The notes below the pieces were generated by a model that saw nothing but the letters and a program-made list of their open reading frames with translations, did not search any database and was not told the origin of the DNA. Shown in pieces: positions 28,516-42,200 of a DNA stretch of 64,000 bases. The first letter of the stretch is position 1, and each line of letters starts with the position of its first letter. Source of the DNA: Takakia lepidozioides (taxonomy: Eukaryota; Plantae; Bryophyta); the NCBI GenBank assembly GCA_030704615.1, contig CM060733.1, forward strand, positions 31,000,001-31,064,000, written 5' to 3'. The position numbers and the translations under genes are program-made.

Positions 28516-29241
28516 TGTCGCGCACCCACTTCGGTAAACTCCCCTTCAAGTCATAGTTACTCGCTTTGATGCGCGCGCCTGACTCCCAACCTGGCCGCCC
28601 GGGCCAACTTGGAGCTTCGGCTGCTCACCGGGACATAACGGTACCCTTTCGCTTCCCTCTAAAACCCTCCACCTAATTGGGACTAGGAGAATTCCCTTTG
28701 GTAGATGGCAGTCCGGAACAGCTCCCCACTCTTTGGTCGCTTTCCGGCTCGCTCGCTTACTCACTAGCTTTTGGTCACCAACGGGTTTGCACCGTTCTCG
28801 GGGTTACTACTCCCTATATATACTTCTGTAGCTGTCTGCGGGGGTTTCACAACCAGCCATGCCATTTTATGGCGAACCACCACGAAGACCCTCGATTCCC
28901 GGTGGTGAGTCGCGGTGAGTCTTGGCCCGCTCACCACGGCCCCTATGGACCGTGATGAGTCCCAAGACTCCCCACGACTCCCACCACGAGGTCTCCGCCC
29001 CCATGGTGAGTCCTATGCCACCCCCACTAAGTCCCACTAAGCTACCACCACCCCTTGTGGAGCCTCCCCCACCGCAACCCGGTGTGCGGGGCTCCACCTA
29101 GTGAGCGCCTCCGCTTCCCTGAGTGCCTTGGGCACTCAAGGGTGCCTCAGCCCCCCATACCTATCGCTGCCGCTGCCCCCACCACAGGGGCAGCCCCTCA
29201 TGTGTCCCGACCCCCTGCCCTCAAAGTAAAGGGCCGCGACA
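28516..29241 (-). repeat. Full 3' LTR of the chromovirus
   Basis: TG...CA. Its right ~400 bp are nearly identical to 33874-34272. A PPT-like GGTAGGGGTGTG is adjacent on the - strand. Confidence 0.9.
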
Positions 29242-30147
29242 CACACCCCTACCAACAGGGAGTCGATGTCCTCATCGACTTGTCCATTTTGTAGAAACGA
29301 ACATCCAAGTTGTGGCGTCCCACATCAAGGAGTTTGTTTCTGTACCATGGCGTCCCATGGCAAAGAACCAAACCCCACACTTGACTCTACTCTCCACTAG
29401 CTAGTTCGGCCGACTTCCTCCAAGTCCCGGCCAAGGGTGGAGCCTCTCCAGTTCCTCCCAGTGCACTCTTCTTGGCCTACTTCAAGGTCAAGGAACGATC
29501 CTCCCCGAGGATCGAATCGCCTTACTGCAACAACATTGCTTGCGATCGCTCATGATGCCGCTTTTGGCATCACCTTGAGCAAGGGTTCACCTGGAACCCT
29601 CTTTGACTAGGAAGATAACCTTGATCCAACCGTGCGCCCCAATCACTACAATTGGGTCCGCCTTGGAATGCTGGCCTGAGGTACGGGAACACGCCGAAGC
29701 CGCACTACGACTTCGTCCCGAGGTTACACGATTATAGTACGTGAACGGAAGCACGTAGCTTCCGCGTTAGCCCGCACTACAAGGCAACCCCCTCGGTAGC
29801 GCAGTTATAGTACGCGCACGCGCCAGGTGCGCACTAGCACGTGAACTCCCAAAGAAGGCGCAAGTTTCCTTGCCCCTTGGATGGAAGTCACCCGATTTCG
29901 GCACTGCGCAAATACATGATTAACCCAATTTACCTCTCCCACTTTTGTAAGCTAGCATGTATTCTACACACTAGCCAACCACACCATGCATCACCATTCC
30001 AAACACAATAGGACGCACAATATTTGGAACCCATTTCCTTTATAACAAATTTTTGTACAATACAAGTTTTTGCAATCGGATTCCTGAGCTAGCTAAACCG
30101 GGCTAAGCATGCATTTCCTCCCCCACGCTCCAAGGTTGATGTCCCCA

Positions 30148-33100
30148 TCAACGCTTCTTCCGCTTTAGAGGTCGCCCTTCGAAAGCTGCAACCGCCTCGG
30201 ATGCGTTTCCCATTTCTGAGGCACGCACCCAAGATGCCTCCACATGATGATAGCCCTTCCATTTGACGAGATACTCCGTTTCTCGGTTCCTGAACCTCCT
30301 CGACTTAAGTATTGCCTCCACCTCGTACTCAGGTTCATTTTCATGATCCAACAGCATAGGTGGCGGACGCAACACTTGATGCCGATTCGGACGCGCTTCA
30401 TCTTTGAAGTAAGGCTTCAAAAGGGAGACATGGAATACTGGGTGCACCTTGCTGTTTGCCGGCAGCTCCAATTCATACACATCCTCATTCATAACCTTCC
30501 GAATGCGAAAGGGTCCCGCATACGGAGGCACGAACTTCGGACTCACTTCCGGAGGTAGTCGGAAATTCTTGATGTTCAACCAGACCTTTGTGCCTGCCTC
30601 AAACTTCACTTCCCTCCGCTTCCGATTCGCCTGCCTTTCATACCATTTCCTAGCTTTGGCAATATTGTACTTTGCGAGCTTCAACAAACACTCGCGTTCT
30701 TCCAGTACCGCCGCTACTGCCGGTTCCTCAACGTCCTGGGCGGCCCAACTTGTCGGCACCAGAGGTGCTTTTCCATAGACCAACACGAAAGGGGAAACTC
30801 CCGTTGCGGAGTGTTCTGTGTTATTATAACAGAACTCTGCCGCGTCTAAGTGTTCCATCCAGTCTGATTGGTCTGCCGACACGTAATTCCGCAAGAATTG
30901 CTTCACTACGGAATTCACTCTTTCCATTTGGCCGTCCGTCGTAGGTTGGAAGGCGGTGCTCATCTTCAGCCTCGTCCCCATCTTCTTCCAAAGTGCTCTC
31001 CAAAATTTACTCGTAAACTTTGGATCGCGGTCCGAGACAATATCCTTCGGGACTCCATGATGCTTTAAGACGTGGGCGAAGTAAAGTCGCCCTGTCTCCT
31101 GCGCCGTTGCCGTCTCCTTGGTGGGATGAAATGGCCCATTTTACTGAACCTATCTACCACCACCATGATTGCATCGAATCCTTTTGACAGCGGCATAGTA
31201 GTCATGAAATCCATCGAGACGCTTTCCCAAGTCCCCTCTGGAATCGGCAAGGGTTGTAACAGCCCCACTTGCTTTTTGTACTCGCTCCGGTTTTGTTGGC
31301 ATGTGGTGCATGTCTTGACATACTCCTCTGCCTCCTCCCTCAGTTTGGGCCAGAAATACTCTTTCTTGAAGAGTGCCGCAGTGCGCTTGGCTCCACCGTG
31401 GCCCGCAAGCGAGCTATCATGGCATTCTCTCAAGAGACTATCCCTGATCCCTCCCTTCGGCACGTAGAGACGCTTTTGCTTATACCGGAGCAGTCCATTT
31501 TGCAAGTGGAACTGCGATTTAACCCCCATCCTCAAGTCCTGCATCACGGACTTTGCCAGCTCATCCTTCCGGCAAGCCTTCCGGATCTTCCTTTGGAGTG
31601 TCGTCTCGCCCTTGTACACCAACAAGAGCTGCTGCTTTCTACTTAAAGCATCGGCCACCACATTGTCCCGTCCCGGTTTGTACTGGATATCCACGTCGAA
31701 CACTGCCAAAGTATCTTGCCACCTAAGTTGTTTTGGGGACAACTTGGGCTGCGTGGCAAAATACTTCACCGTGACATTGTCCGTGAACACCTTCACTGGG
31801 TTGGAACCAACATAGTGGCGCCAGAGCTCAAGGCAATGCACCATCGCCTTCATCTCTTTTTCGTGCGTCGGCCACCGTCGCTCCACTTCATTCAGTTTCT
31901 TACTTTCGTAAGCCACTGGACGTCCATCTTGCATAAGTACACCCCCAATCGCGAAGTCCGACGCATCTGTATGTATCTCGAACGGACGATCGAACTCCGG
32001 GATTTTCAAGACTGGAGCTTCCGCCATCCGCTGCTTCAATTCAGCAAAAGCTTGGCCACAAAAGGTGTTCCATGCCCAGACTTTAGATTTATACAGAAGG
32101 TCTGACAGCGGCCCCGCAATCTTGGCAAATTTTCTCACATACTTCCGGTAATAGGAGGCGAGTCCTAGGAAGGATCGCACTCCCGGGACCGAAGTCGGAG
32201 GCTCCCAGTCAAGATCGCCCTCACCTTTCTGTCATCCATTTTGATCCCATCCTGTGTAATCACATGCCCCAAGAACTCCACTTTCGTGACCCCGAATTCG
32301 CACTTTGAAGCTTTGGCATACAGTTTCCCTTCTCGCAATTTTTGGAACACCCTTTTGAGGTGCTCCAGGTGCTCCTCCTTTGTTTTCGAGTACACCAAGA
32401 TGTCGTCGATGTACACGATCACAAAGTCATCCAACCACTCCTAGAAAAGGCTGTTCATCAGCGTGCTAAATGTCGCTGGTGCATTGGTGAGCCCAAAAGG
32501 CATCACCAAGAACTCATATGAACCATACCTTGTCCTGCACGCGGTCTTCTCCTCATCTCCTTCCGCCACCCGAATTGGTGATAGCCGGAGCGCAAGTCGA
32601 TCCGGCTGAAATACTTCGCTCCTGCCAACCGATCAAAGAGGTCATCGATCCTTGGCAAAGGGTACCGGTTTTTGATAGTCACCTTATTCAGAGCCCTGTA
32701 ATCGACACACATCCGCAGCGTCCCATCCTTCTTGTCTGCGAATAGCACCGGGGCTCCGTAAGGTGACTTACTCGGCCGGATGTACCCCTTTGACATTAGA
32801 TCCTTGAGCTGAGTCTTCAGCTCGACCAACTCTCTGTGGCTCAACCGGTAGGGCGCCTTGGCAGGCGATTCCGATCCCGGTATCACCTCAATCTTGTGGT
32901 CAACTCCTCTTCGCGGTGGCAAGCCGCTTGGTAAATCCTCCGGCATCACATCCTGGTATTTCTCCAAAATCCCCTTGATCCAATCTGGGCTCGGTTCCCC
33001 ATCGCCTTCTCCTTTCACTTCTCTAATGTAAAGCAAAAACTGGGGCTCGTGTGCCTCCTCCACGGCCCACTCCTTTGCTGATAGAAGGTTTATTCGCCCT

Positions 33101-33510
33101 CCCACGGATTTGGGCGTTTCAGACACTCGTAAAACCTCGCCACCATTCCCACATGGCAGCGTGACTACTCTCTTGCGGCCATCTATGACCGCTCCGGATT
33201 TGCTCAAAAAGGTCATCCCCAAAATGAGATCCACTCCATCGATCTCGCAGATGGTGAAGTTCTCACGTCCCTCCCAACTCCCCAGTTGAAGAGGAACATC
33301 AATCGCCAACCTTGTCGCCAACTGTGGTTCTCCTTTGGCAGAACGCACCTCAATAGAGGCCCCAACGTCACTTGTCGGGAGTCCCAACTTTTGTGCCGTT
33401 GCCGATGTCATGAAGGAGTGCGACGCTCCTGTGTCCACCAACAACGACACATTAGTTCCGGATATTATCCCATCCATGAACAATAACTGACTCCCTTTTC
33501 GTAAGGCGCC
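30148..33510 (-). pseudogene. Chromovirus pol (PR-RT-RH-INT-chromodomain), frameshifted
   Basis: ORFs 32503-33624, 32165-32434, 31065-32180 and 30148-30981 carry consecutive pol domains. Confidence 0.93.
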
Positions 33511-33511
33511 A

Positions 33512-33873
33512 GTGCACAAGAAGATTCGGCGGGAAGGTGACTCCTTCCGACCGGAAAAGAAGTGGGATAGGCCACGCGGCGAAAATGGCACGTGGAAATC
33601 GAAGGGAGGGCCTTCACACGTCAAGGCAGCACCCGGTGCTTCGAAAGGAAAAGCGGGTGGAGCGGCTTATGGCGGACAGAAGGCGACCTTTGATGGAGTG
33701 TGTTTCAATTGCGGGGAGCCCGGGCACATGGCCAAGAAGTGCACGAAGCCCCGACAATTGAACATGACTCGGGCGACCACGGAGCTGTCGGAAGATACCA
33801 TCAGTCGCTTGGTGGAAGCGGTGGTCGCCAGGACTTGCAAGGTAGGCAAATTTTCTTGTGAGTTGTATCAGGA
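33512..33873 (+). pseudogene. Inverted gag C-terminal fragment with CCHC zinc knuckle
   Basis: CFNCGEPGHMAKKC (CX2CX4HX4C) on the strand opposite to pol. Confidence 0.85.
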
Positions 33874-34272
33874 GGTTTCACAACCAGCCATGCCATTTTA
33901 TGGCGAACCACCACGAAGACCCTCGATTCCCGGTGGTGAGTCGCGGTGAGTCTTGGCCCGCTGACCACGGCCCCTATGGACCGTGATGAGTCCCAAGATT
34001 CCCCACGACTCCCACCACGAGGTTTCCGCCCCCATGGTGAGTCATATGCCACCCCCACTAAGTCCCACTAAGCTACCACCACCCCTTGTGGAGCCACCCC
34101 CACCGCAACCCGGTGTGCGGGGTTCCACCTAGTGAGCGCCTCCGCTTCCCTGAGTGCCTTGGGCACTCAAGGGTGCCTCAGCCCCCCATACCTATCGCTG
34201 CCGCTGCCCCCACCACAGGGGCAGCCCCTCATGTGTCCCGACCCCCTGCCCTCAAAGTAAAGGGCCGCGACA
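33874..34272 (-). repeat. Truncated 5' LTR of the chromovirus
   Basis: Matches 28843-29241; the remaining ~330 bp of LTR, the PBS and the gag 5' part are missing. Confidence 0.88.
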
Positions 34273-36105
34273 CTTAGCCTGTGCACACAAGGGGACAAGA
34301 TTTATGTTTATCAAGGAACTCAGATTGATTTGAGTGGAGAGCAGTTGGACGAGTTGATTGCATACTGGGAGTCAGGCATTGGCAATAGACAACAAACTGC
34401 AGTAGTTGGCGTTGAGGGCCTCAATATTGTTTTGGACAGTCAGAACACTCTTGGATCAAGCAGTTCTGCAGCTGTAGGTGAAATACCAAAGTGGGTGGAA
34501 GCTAGGTTTGGAACACAGCCAAAGACAGCCCCGGGGACCAAGGTGTTCAGCCACACGGCAGTGGTGTACTGGAGCAGAGGAGCATGAGCTACACAAGTTT
34601 TTGCAATCAGACATGGTTGCAGCCGGACACGCTCTACACGAGGCAACCACAAGCGGGGGTTCATTAGCAATGAAAAGTTTGTGCTGCTTGAAGGAGATGC
34701 AGTCATTTGCAATGAGGACACCCGCAACCGTCTCAAAGCTTTCGAGTTGAGAGACTGTCAGACCCTACCTTTATTTTCTTTAGTATTCAGTGAGCGGGAG
34801 ATAGGGAAGTATTGCTTTGTCTCTACCTGGCAGAAAGAGGAGGAGGGTTGGTTAGAGCGAGCTACTGTAGCTTGGGACAAGGTTAGTGGTTTCTGGACAT
34901 AGATATACCCACTAGAAGCATTTGTGTCATTTACCACTGGGGTAACGACTCATTTTGAGTCGTAAAAGTAAAAAAAATGGGATCGACTGGAAGTTACAAA
35001 CGACTAGTTACAACAGACGTGGTAGTTGGGTTGGACATCCAATGATTGGAGTGGTAAAGGACGCAGATGCGCGAACAACTGCTCAGCGATTAATGCGATT
35101 AATGCTGAAGAACCACGTGGCGTAACCAGGCCGGCCGCCCGTGTATCTGATCTTTTGGGCTGACTTTGACTTCTCCCTCCGGATGAGTGGACTGACTCAC
35201 CCGGGGCGCGGTGACACATGGACGCGGACGTGGATGCGGACGTGGACGCCGATGTGGTGGCGCCGCGACGAGCAGCAATGTTGCCGCGTGGCCACGGGCC
35301 CAAGACGCCACATCGCAGTCGGCCACATAACTTGGAGTGTTGCATGTCACGTGGCAACAGCGATTGGCGAAGTCGACCGCACAACTGCGGGCAGACAAAT
35401 CCACGGGGACCACGTGGAGAGTGTGTGGGTCAACGCGTGGCGTCGTCCCCATGCAATGGCAGTGAGGGGTACGACTGCTAGTGGAAAGACGTAGAGTGTT
35501 TGTGCCCTCTCGGGACTGCTTTGGCCATCTCCGCTGCCACTGTGCTAGTTGGTTGCACTATAGTAGGAAAGCACTGCAAACAAGCACTTGTAGTGGTTTG
35601 TGTGAGTTGTCCAAATGACCTGCATTCTAAGCTGAAAATATGGTTCTGATGCATTTTAGTGGTTTTAGTGGTTCACCCATATGCATGGGGAATTGAGAAG
35701 CAATGATACTGGGCGAGACTCAGAACACAAACCACGATGCATGCACAACATCACGCTAATGAACCAAATAGACGTAGTCCAGGGAGACCAAAGACCATCA
35801 CACATACACATAGAAGGTGGACGGATACGACGACAAGTCAAGAAAATGTGATATTACATTCAAATAAGAGACCGTCACGGCACACCTGCGTATGAGCAAG
35901 ACAAAATGCCAACATACATGGTTGCCGGACATCACATAAACTGTCATGGCCCAAATGTTCAAAACTGGTAACGTGAGTATCATACACACTTCTATGAGTA
36001 TCATTACACACCCAACATGGACTACAAACATGAAATCTCACTTGATACTTTCACCTTTCCTCATACTCTTCTCTGGCCACAGAGTCACCGTGCCTTTCAC
36101 GTGCG

Positions 36106-38202
36106 CTAGTGTGGTCTGGGGGGGGCATCGTCCACATTTGGGCAAGGCAATGTAACACTTGGAAGCATGATCTCGTGGACTTTCACCTTGTACCACCCGG
36201 AACGAATGTCCTTGCAGTGGAACTTATCAACCCCGGCTATTCCCACCACTTCCACCTTTGCGGCGGCTGTCTTTGACCGCTTGTCATTGGGGTTCAGGAG
36301 AAACACGGGATCTGATATCTGTAGACACTAACATCAGGGTCCACTCAACAACAAACATAGCAATGATAGGGTGAAAGTCAAGTGCAGCTAGGCATGGAAA
36401 CGATCTTGGTTGCCACAATACTGAATCAGCAGCAAATTCACGGTGTACCAATGTACCTTGAAGCAAGGCTTGTCGCTGAGGGTGGCAACTGAGGAAAGTT
36501 GCCCACGTGTCTTCAACTGCAGCAGCAAAAAGAGGTTTAGTCAGACGGATAAGAATAACATGAACTCTGGTGGCTGCAATGGTATAAACACACCTCCACA
36601 GAGCAAGCTAACAAACACCCTGCTCAGACCCTGCACACTACAACTTCCTGGCAAAAATAACCCTACTAGAAACCAGGAAAAGCAAGGAGCCATGAATGCA
36701 TGCCTGGGGAACCACGTCCTGCTGCGATGATGGTGCCAGGGACAGCCCACTCCTCTTGCTCACCTGCAATGAATACACATTGCAATGCTTCAGGAAGTGT
36801 ATCCATAAAGGAAACCAACCAAGTAAGTTTGCGGGGAGGGGCTGGGAACAACCATACCTTGGGCGCTGCCTCCTCATGCCGGGGGGCAGATCCGGAATGC
36901 TGGCGCGGTAGCACTATGGTCCTTGGCGCAGGACCCACCTTCTTCACATTCGACCCCAGTGCCACTCCCTGTGGTCCCTGCAAAACATATAGTGCCAGCC
37001 TTGCGTGAGAGGGCATCCGGGGGGAACAAAACAAACATCTCTTTTGGCTTCGATGTCATGTTGCAAACAATAAGGTTAGTTTCACCTGCATGGGCGCAAA
37101 AGCACTTCCCCCAACGACCCCATCCTCTCCCACATTCGAGCTTCCAGTCGGGGTCAGCTTTCCGCGTGCTTGTGAAGACACGCACATCCTTGGAGCAAAA
37201 CAAATCTTGGCAGTAGGGCCAGACTGTTTCTAAAAGGTAGTCTGAATCGGGCCCCTCGCTGACATTGCCAGTGACATCAAACGACAATGGATGGACCATG
37301 TTCAAAGGGGAGTTTCCCCTCCCCTTGTGTGGTGAATCATCCACTAAGAGGGTGTTGGATTCGTTAAATCCAAAAAATTGCGACCACACCCTCGACAGTC
37401 TCTTCTATAAGTTCTGTACGGTAGGCCCTTTTGTGGGGTGTGGCTCTGTCAAGGGGTCACACTCCTCTTGTGACCACACAAAGAGGGGAGAACCCTTGAC
37501 CCCCTGCATCACCACTTTCAAGATGTCTGCAACATTCCCCTTGGAAGCACAGGACCATATCCCAACGTAGAAATACCGGAAGAGAAGGTTTAAAAACTCG
37601 CAGACCTGGGGCCTTGGGAAAACAAATTTGTTGGTGGTCAACACCCATGGCCAATGACGCCTCGGGTTGGGCTGAAAGTTAGGAATACAGTGGCACAGGA
37701 TCCCGTTCATGTCTAGAACAATTAGTTTCGACTTTTCAATGAAAGGAGCTTTTGAAGGGGTGTCACGGGGTCTCACCTTAGTGGGTTGGAAGACAACAGT
37801 CACCCCGGAGGGCAAAGTTTCGGTCCCCCTGCAGCCTGGACCAGGCAAACTACCACCCTCTCCCCCTACAGCTTCCCCTTTTCCCCCATCATCAGCAATG
37901 ACCCCCCCATCGTCCATGTCATCCCCATCAACTTGCTGGACCTCTCCCTCTTCAACGAGTGGACCCTGCCCCCCACTGTGAATATCATCAACAACAGGCT
38001 GGACCTCGGTCACATCCCTACCCACTACAATTACTTCCTCCTTGTCAGGTACAATGGTCGCAGCAGGGGGGTCTTCTATAATGCCACCCGTCACACCCCC
38101 TTTTTGCCCAACGTGCAAAAGCCGCCGGCTACAGGATGCTAGGCATGCGAACTCCGGCACAACACGCCTCCTCTGCACCCCACTCCGTCCCAACCAGTGC
38201 AA
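36106..38202 (-). pseudogene. CACTA-borne gene: FCP1/SCP-homology (NIF, HAD-family) phosphatase domain plus a downstream Tnp1/En-Spm-like C-terminal exon
   Basis: KLIVLDMNGIL..FVFPRPQVCEFLNLLFRYFYVGIWSCA..LFVWSQEEC..(in-frame TAG 37407-37405)..VWSQF..NESNTLLVDDSPHK..NMVHPLSF match the NIF fold motifs. The exon at 36306-36106 (VEVVG..KFHCKDIRSGWYKVKVHEIMLPSVTLPCP) resembles CACTA ORF C-terminal domains. Confidence 0.8.
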
Positions 38203-39258
38203 AACAACCGTGCATGCATTGACTGCCGTCTTGCTTTCTCTCTAGGCATTTGGGGGTCTGTGATCTGCTACACGTAAGTGTCTTTGAAGGCGATGATCAA
38301 AGGATCCGGTCACTTGCAGTTGCCGTCTCAAGGGCAGCATTGCAAGAATCACAATTAAGTAAGAAAGATGGTGGAAGAAGCTGCAAACTGCAAATGAGTG
38401 AAGTGGCAGGGCGATGCTCCATTCTTAACATGCTCCCCTTCCCGCCATGGTGATAGAGCCACACAAATGGACTCCCTTCCCGCCACGGTGCAATTTCAAG
38501 GCAACGGAACAGGATTGTTCGCCGAAACGTGATTTGGAGATCGCGGCCAAATCCGTGATGGAATTCGACCTTCCAATACATGATTTCCTCAATCCGTCTC
38601 GCTCTTCCGCTGAGGGTGGCATTGGGCGAACTACCCCCTGCTACAAACTTTTGATCGTAATGTGATTTTGAGAGACGAATCGCTGTAGCCGGAAATTGTG
38701 CAGACGATGACCGCCGATGAGTGGAGTTCACTCATTATGGCCTAAGACAAGTGGCGCAGGTTCTGGCCTTGTAGTTGGGTTGTTCACACTTCAATGCACA
38801 CATTTCATACACATTCAACCATATGCCCAAGATCACGACGTCCTGAATCGTGAAAATTGAAATTCCACGTACGTCCTCCGATTCGTCACACACACAAAAA
38901 CTGTAGAGACAGGTGGTTTTCCAAGATGTCGTTGTTTGAGTCGATTTTGGTCATTTCTCTCAGTGTCTTGTTGAAAAGATTCTAGTTATGATGGGAAGCA
39001 TCTTGATGGCTTTTAAATGGTTTGCTGTTGAGTGTAACTTTCCATCATGTTCTGGAATCTACCAGTTGGTATAAAATGTCAATTGTCTTCTCTGCCAAAG
39101 GATGTGCGGCTGAACCTTTCAAATTGAGATTGCAGGAGGAGGGAATTGACGGTAGTGAAATGGGAGTGGCAGAGCCAAATTGAGGAGTCTCTGCAAAGGA
39201 GAATCCGGCCCCCTGCAACGGCGTGCACAAACTGCATTGAAGAGGCTCCCCAACAAAA

Positions 39259-42200
39259 ATGAGTTCCCCTCGCCCATGCGGAGGACTTCCAATTAATCAC
39301 CCCTGTAGACAGAACACCCGAGATGACAGGTTGTGGGAAAGAGAAGTGGCACGTGCCCGAGCCCTTGGGCTTTCAAGGATGCCATGCCCATGTGAACGTT
39401 GTTTGGGCACTACAAGTAGATTTGAGGACAGTGTGCGCACACATCTCTTTCACCACAAAAGACATGAAGCATTTCGGGTGTGGATTGGAGATGGACCTGC
39501 AGACGAAGACGATGAGGAGTGGGCACAATTGGACAATGCACACCCCCGGGGGAGCCATACAGATAGGCCAGACAAGGACTATGTCATGGGCGCATGACAT
39601 GAACCAGGCATGGACGGAGGGGTGGAGATTACTCGAATGTAGCAGGAAGCATTCCACATCATGGACGATGCTGAAGAGGGGGACGGCGCTGTGACAACTG
39701 GGGATGGTGATGATGCAGGAAATGAAAGCATTCACGTGGGGGAAGGCGTGGAAGGAGGTGGAGATAGAGATGAGAATTCAGCACACATGACACTAGAAGA
39801 AGCATGTCTGCCAGTGTACGAGGGATGCAAATCCACAAAGCTTGCTGCCACCATGCTGTTGATGAACTTGTGCACAACCCACGGTGTCTCAGACCATTTT
39901 GTGGACGAGTTGTTCTCTTTGCTTCAGCTGAACTTGCTTCCTCAACCAAATGAAATGCCAAAAAGCTGTCACATGGCCAACAAAATGATTGGGAAGCTCG
40001 GCCTCAACTACGTGAAAATACATGCATGTCCAAAAAGACATGTACTTTTCAGAAGAGAGTACAAAGACGCTATGGAGTGCCCCAAATGCGGTGCAGCCCG
40101 ATACCATGATGTGGGCAGGTTACAACAGCCAGCCAAGGTGTTGAGGCACTTTCCCCTTATCCCCCGTCTATTACAATGTACAAATGCAAGACCATTAGTG
40201 AGCTCATGACTTGGCATTCCAGGAATGCCTCAAATGATGGTTGGTAAGGCATGTCCCAGATTCCCTTGCGTGGAAGCATATAGATGCAACTTGGCCCGAT
40301 TTCGCCGAGGACCCACGCAATGTGCGATTGGCTGTATCTACGGAAAGAGTAAACCCATACGGATCAAAGAGCTGCACATGGTCCACATGGCCCATGCAGT
40401 TGGTGGCATACAACCTGCCACCATGGTTGACAACAAAGAAATTCTTTGTCATGTTGTCTCTTTGATTCCAGGCAAGGAGTCCGCGACAAATGCAAACATA
40501 GATGTGTATTTGCAACCATTGATTGAAGAGCTACAGGAACTATGGATTGGAGTTGAAGCTTACGACATTTTGAAACAGTAGGGCAACGGAGTTTCACCCT
40601 CCGTGCCATACTCATGTGGTCAATCCACGATTTCCCGCATATGGCCTTGTTGCGGGTTGCAAGACGAAGGGCTACAAAGGGTGCCCCATTTGTGGGCCCT
40701 ATGTGGTTTCACGGCACTCAAAGCCATTGGGGAAGACAATATACATGGGGCATCGACGTTACCTTGCAAGAAACCACCCCTACCGACGAGCAGGAAGGCA
40801 CTTCAATGGATGTGTTGAAAAGAGAATGGCACCAAATGCTGTGACACCGGAGGAGACATTGCAATTTGCAAAGGAGAAAGAGGCGTTCATGGAGATTGGA
40901 GGGAGAGAAGGAAGTAGTGCGGATCCAGCCATGGAGCACGGGGTGAAGCGCCGGACAATCCTTTGGGATTTGCCATACTGGAAGGTGCATGAATCCCCCG
41001 CCCCCCCCCCCCCCCCCATTCACTCACTTTCTTCACATTGTGCTTCCTGGAATTACCTTTACTGTCAGGAGTCCTTCCACCAACTCCTAAGTCAATGTAA
41101 CTACTATGCAGTAGATGTTGAGGTCGTACACCTCACTGTGGAGAGGATTGTGCAGTTGTTGAAAGCAGAATGTAGTAACATGGACAACTTCTGCCACATA
41201 TTCTACTATTTTTGCCCATAGAACTTGGTCTCATGGGAGGACATCTGGCATTTCAGAACCTCTTGCAGCGGTACCTCCTAGACCCCATGCATTGTGAGAA
41301 GAACTTCTGCGAGAACATTCTGAAGACGATCTTGGGGAGAAGGATACGATAAACGTACGAAATGACATGGAGATTGAAGGGATACGGTCACATCTGTGGC
41401 TAAGGCCTGATCCAAATAGACCTCGCAAAGTGCTCATGCCAGCAGCATTATACGTCCTGACCAAATCAGAGCAAGAGCATTTTTTGAAGACATTGGGAGC
41501 CATGAAAGTGCCAACCGGATTCTCGGGTGCTTTCCAAAAGCATGCCATAAACAAGAAATGGTCGGGGATGAAGTCACATGATCTACACGTGATGATGCAG
41601 CAGATTTTGCCAGTGTGCATTCGGGGTACGATGGCGCCGAGTCCTCGAACAGCCATAATGCGTGTAAGTCGAGTGTTTAGGAAGATTTGTGCGAAGGTGT
41701 GGGATCCGAGGGACATTACATCGTTGCATGAGGATGTGGCTATGACCCTATGTTTGCTGGAGAAAGAATTCCCTCCATCATTCTTTGACGTCATGACGCA
41801 CTTGCTAGTGCATCTTGTAGAGGAGCTGCATGTGTGTGGGCCCGTAACCAGCCGTTGGATGTACCCCATGGAGAGGTACATGAAGGATCTGAAGGGGTAT
41901 GTACGCAACATGGCACGGCCAAAGGGGATTATGGCGGAGGGCTACATCCGCGACGAAGCCCTGGGCTTCATGACAGAGTATATGTCTTCATTTGATGCAA
42001 CACAACGACGGGAGTGGGACAAGAACGAGGAAGAAGGAGTTGTAGGCGAGGTCCTAGAAGGTGGTGGAACAAAGCGTGCCATGAGCCCGCGCCTTCGGGA
42101 TGTGGCACATGATTATGTGCTGAACAACACAACAACCATGACACCATGGAGACAGTGGGTGTAAACTTACATCCCTCCTGTGCTATTCTTAATGGTCTTT

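Larger units (their letters stand above)
28516..34272 (-). mobile_element. Ty3/gypsy chromovirus, internally rearranged, with TSD CTTAG
   Basis: TGTCGCG...CGCGACA ends flanked by CTTAG (28511-28515, 34273-34277); the empty site is visible in copy 2 at ~48385-48400. Pol on the - strand: LVDTGAS protease, YIDDIL RT, HTDASD RNase H, SMDF/TDGQMER integrase, YAGPF (GPY/F) and a chromodomain YEVEAILKSR..YLVKWKGY..ASW. Confidence 0.95.
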
